This document shows, piece after piece, positions 62,812 through 64,000 of a stretch of 64,000 nt of DNA; within the stretch, counting starts at the first letter, position 1, and each line of letters starts with the position of its first letter. This DNA is from Camelus dromedarius (lineage: Eukaryota). A model generated the notes under the pieces. It was not told the origin of the DNA. It was given only the letters and a program-made list of their open reading frames with translations, and did not search any database. The stretch spans positions 76,076,001 to 76,140,000 of the forward strand of contig NC_087436.1 in assembly GCF_036321535.1 (NCBI RefSeq), written 5' to 3'. The position numbers were made by a program, and so were the translations under genes.

Positions 62812-64000
62812 AGCAATATATATTTATAACTAATCCAAGTCTACTTTCATATAAAACTATACCACCTCACAGGTAGTGTGAGTACTTTATAACAAAATAA
62901 TCTTAATTTCTCCCTCCCATCCCCTGTATCATTCATTCATTTCACTTATACATATATATCTATGTATGTAAACATACATAATAGAATAGATTGTTACTAT
63001 GATTAGTTTGAACAAACTGTTGTCTGTTAGATAAATTAAGAATTAGAAAATAAAAGTTTTTAATTTACCTTCACTTATTCTTTCTCTGATGCTCTTATTT
63101 TTCTTTATGTAGTTTCAAGTTTCTGATTTATATAATTTTTCTTCTCCCTAAAAGACTTCTTTTAACATTTACGTAGTTTCAAGTTTCTGATTGATAGTAC
63201 TGTAAATAGGCATATTTGTAATGAGGTGGTGAAGTATGGGAGAGGGGACGTGTTATATAGTCCTATGATTAGGTCTTGGTCCTTTAGTGATCCTGTACCT
63301 CTAGACTGTGACACTTCACAAATTCTTCTCACTCCCCACCACCAAAACCTCAGGTGAGACAGCACGGCAAGACTGGACTGGAGTTGAGTATTTCACTTCC
63401 CCGAGGTCAGTTAGGCTCTGATAAAACCCCAGCTGATTGGGCTCTGGTTACCTAGTTTCTCCTGAGGTCAGGACTTGTTATTAAAAAGAAAAAAAGAACA
63501 GAGTGTTCTGACTTCAAAATGGTTCCTTTTCCACTCTTCCTGCTGGAAGTTCAGGATTTTTTTCCCCATTATTTACTTTGAGGACCTGGTAAGATTCTTG
63601 TAGGTAAAATTCACAAAGTGTGCCCCACTCTGAAACCACAGGGTCCTCTGGAGTTTTTAATCCGAGTTTACAGCAATTTGTCAATTACAGTTCAGGTTTT
63701 CCTACTCCAGCCCTGATTCCTGTGGTTTCAGCTCAGGGGTTTCTGCTCCTGTAAACTGTGATTGTATTTGCTTTTTGGAGTCTCTAGTTTGGGGGCCAGT
63801 GGTTTGCCCTGTGACCTCACTTCTTTTACAGACCTGAGAAGAGTTGCTGACTTTTCGGTTTGTTTAGCTTTTAACTTGTTAGGACAGAGTGGTGACTTCC
63901 AAGTTTCTTGGAAATGGGACTGAAAACTAGAAGTATCTATTTAGGCCTTTAAAAATTTCTCTCAGCAATGTCCTATAGTTTTCAGTGGGTAGGTCTTGCA
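62812..64000 (-). mobile_element. L1MD/MC-like 5' region (inter-ORF segment joined to 5'UTR)
   Basis: 'tttaccttcacttattc..aaagacttcttttaacattt' then 'tatagtcctatgattaggtct..gagtatttcacttcccc..gccctgtgacctcacttct..agaagagttgctga'. Confidence 0.75.

Noticed and set aside
1..64000. Identity of the host gene; miRNA or snoRNA genes
   Set aside because: No exon or mature small-RNA sequence recognised; only short chance-level hairpins (e.g. ~7340, 35800, 61590).

Overview
Mammalian non-coding DNA (intron of a large gene or a gene desert), not prokaryotic. It is probably a camelid (alpaca/camel), judged from a Vic-1-type tRNA-derived SINE and cetartiodactyl-type L1 3' ends. I can support no host protein-coding exon, RNA gene or CRISPR array; nearly all listed ORFs look like chance ORFs, except degraded L1 ORF2 remnants. 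Much of the window is interspersed repeat: L2, MIR, L3/CR1, old L1M fragments (including a ~10 kb nested block at 42.5-52.2 kb), younger L1 3' ends, two LTRs and several hAT MITEs. Between repeats lie repeat-free blocks rich in TF motifs that resemble conserved enhancers. The best finding is at 43.65-44.56 kb: an ~0.9 kb polyadenylated, TSD-flanked insert of non-L1 sequence carrying ancient MIRs and SINE pieces inside a younger ERV LTR, i.e. an L1-mobilised retrocopy or orphan transduction. Repeat subfamily names come from recalled consensus sequences, not database searches, and repeat boundaries are approximate.
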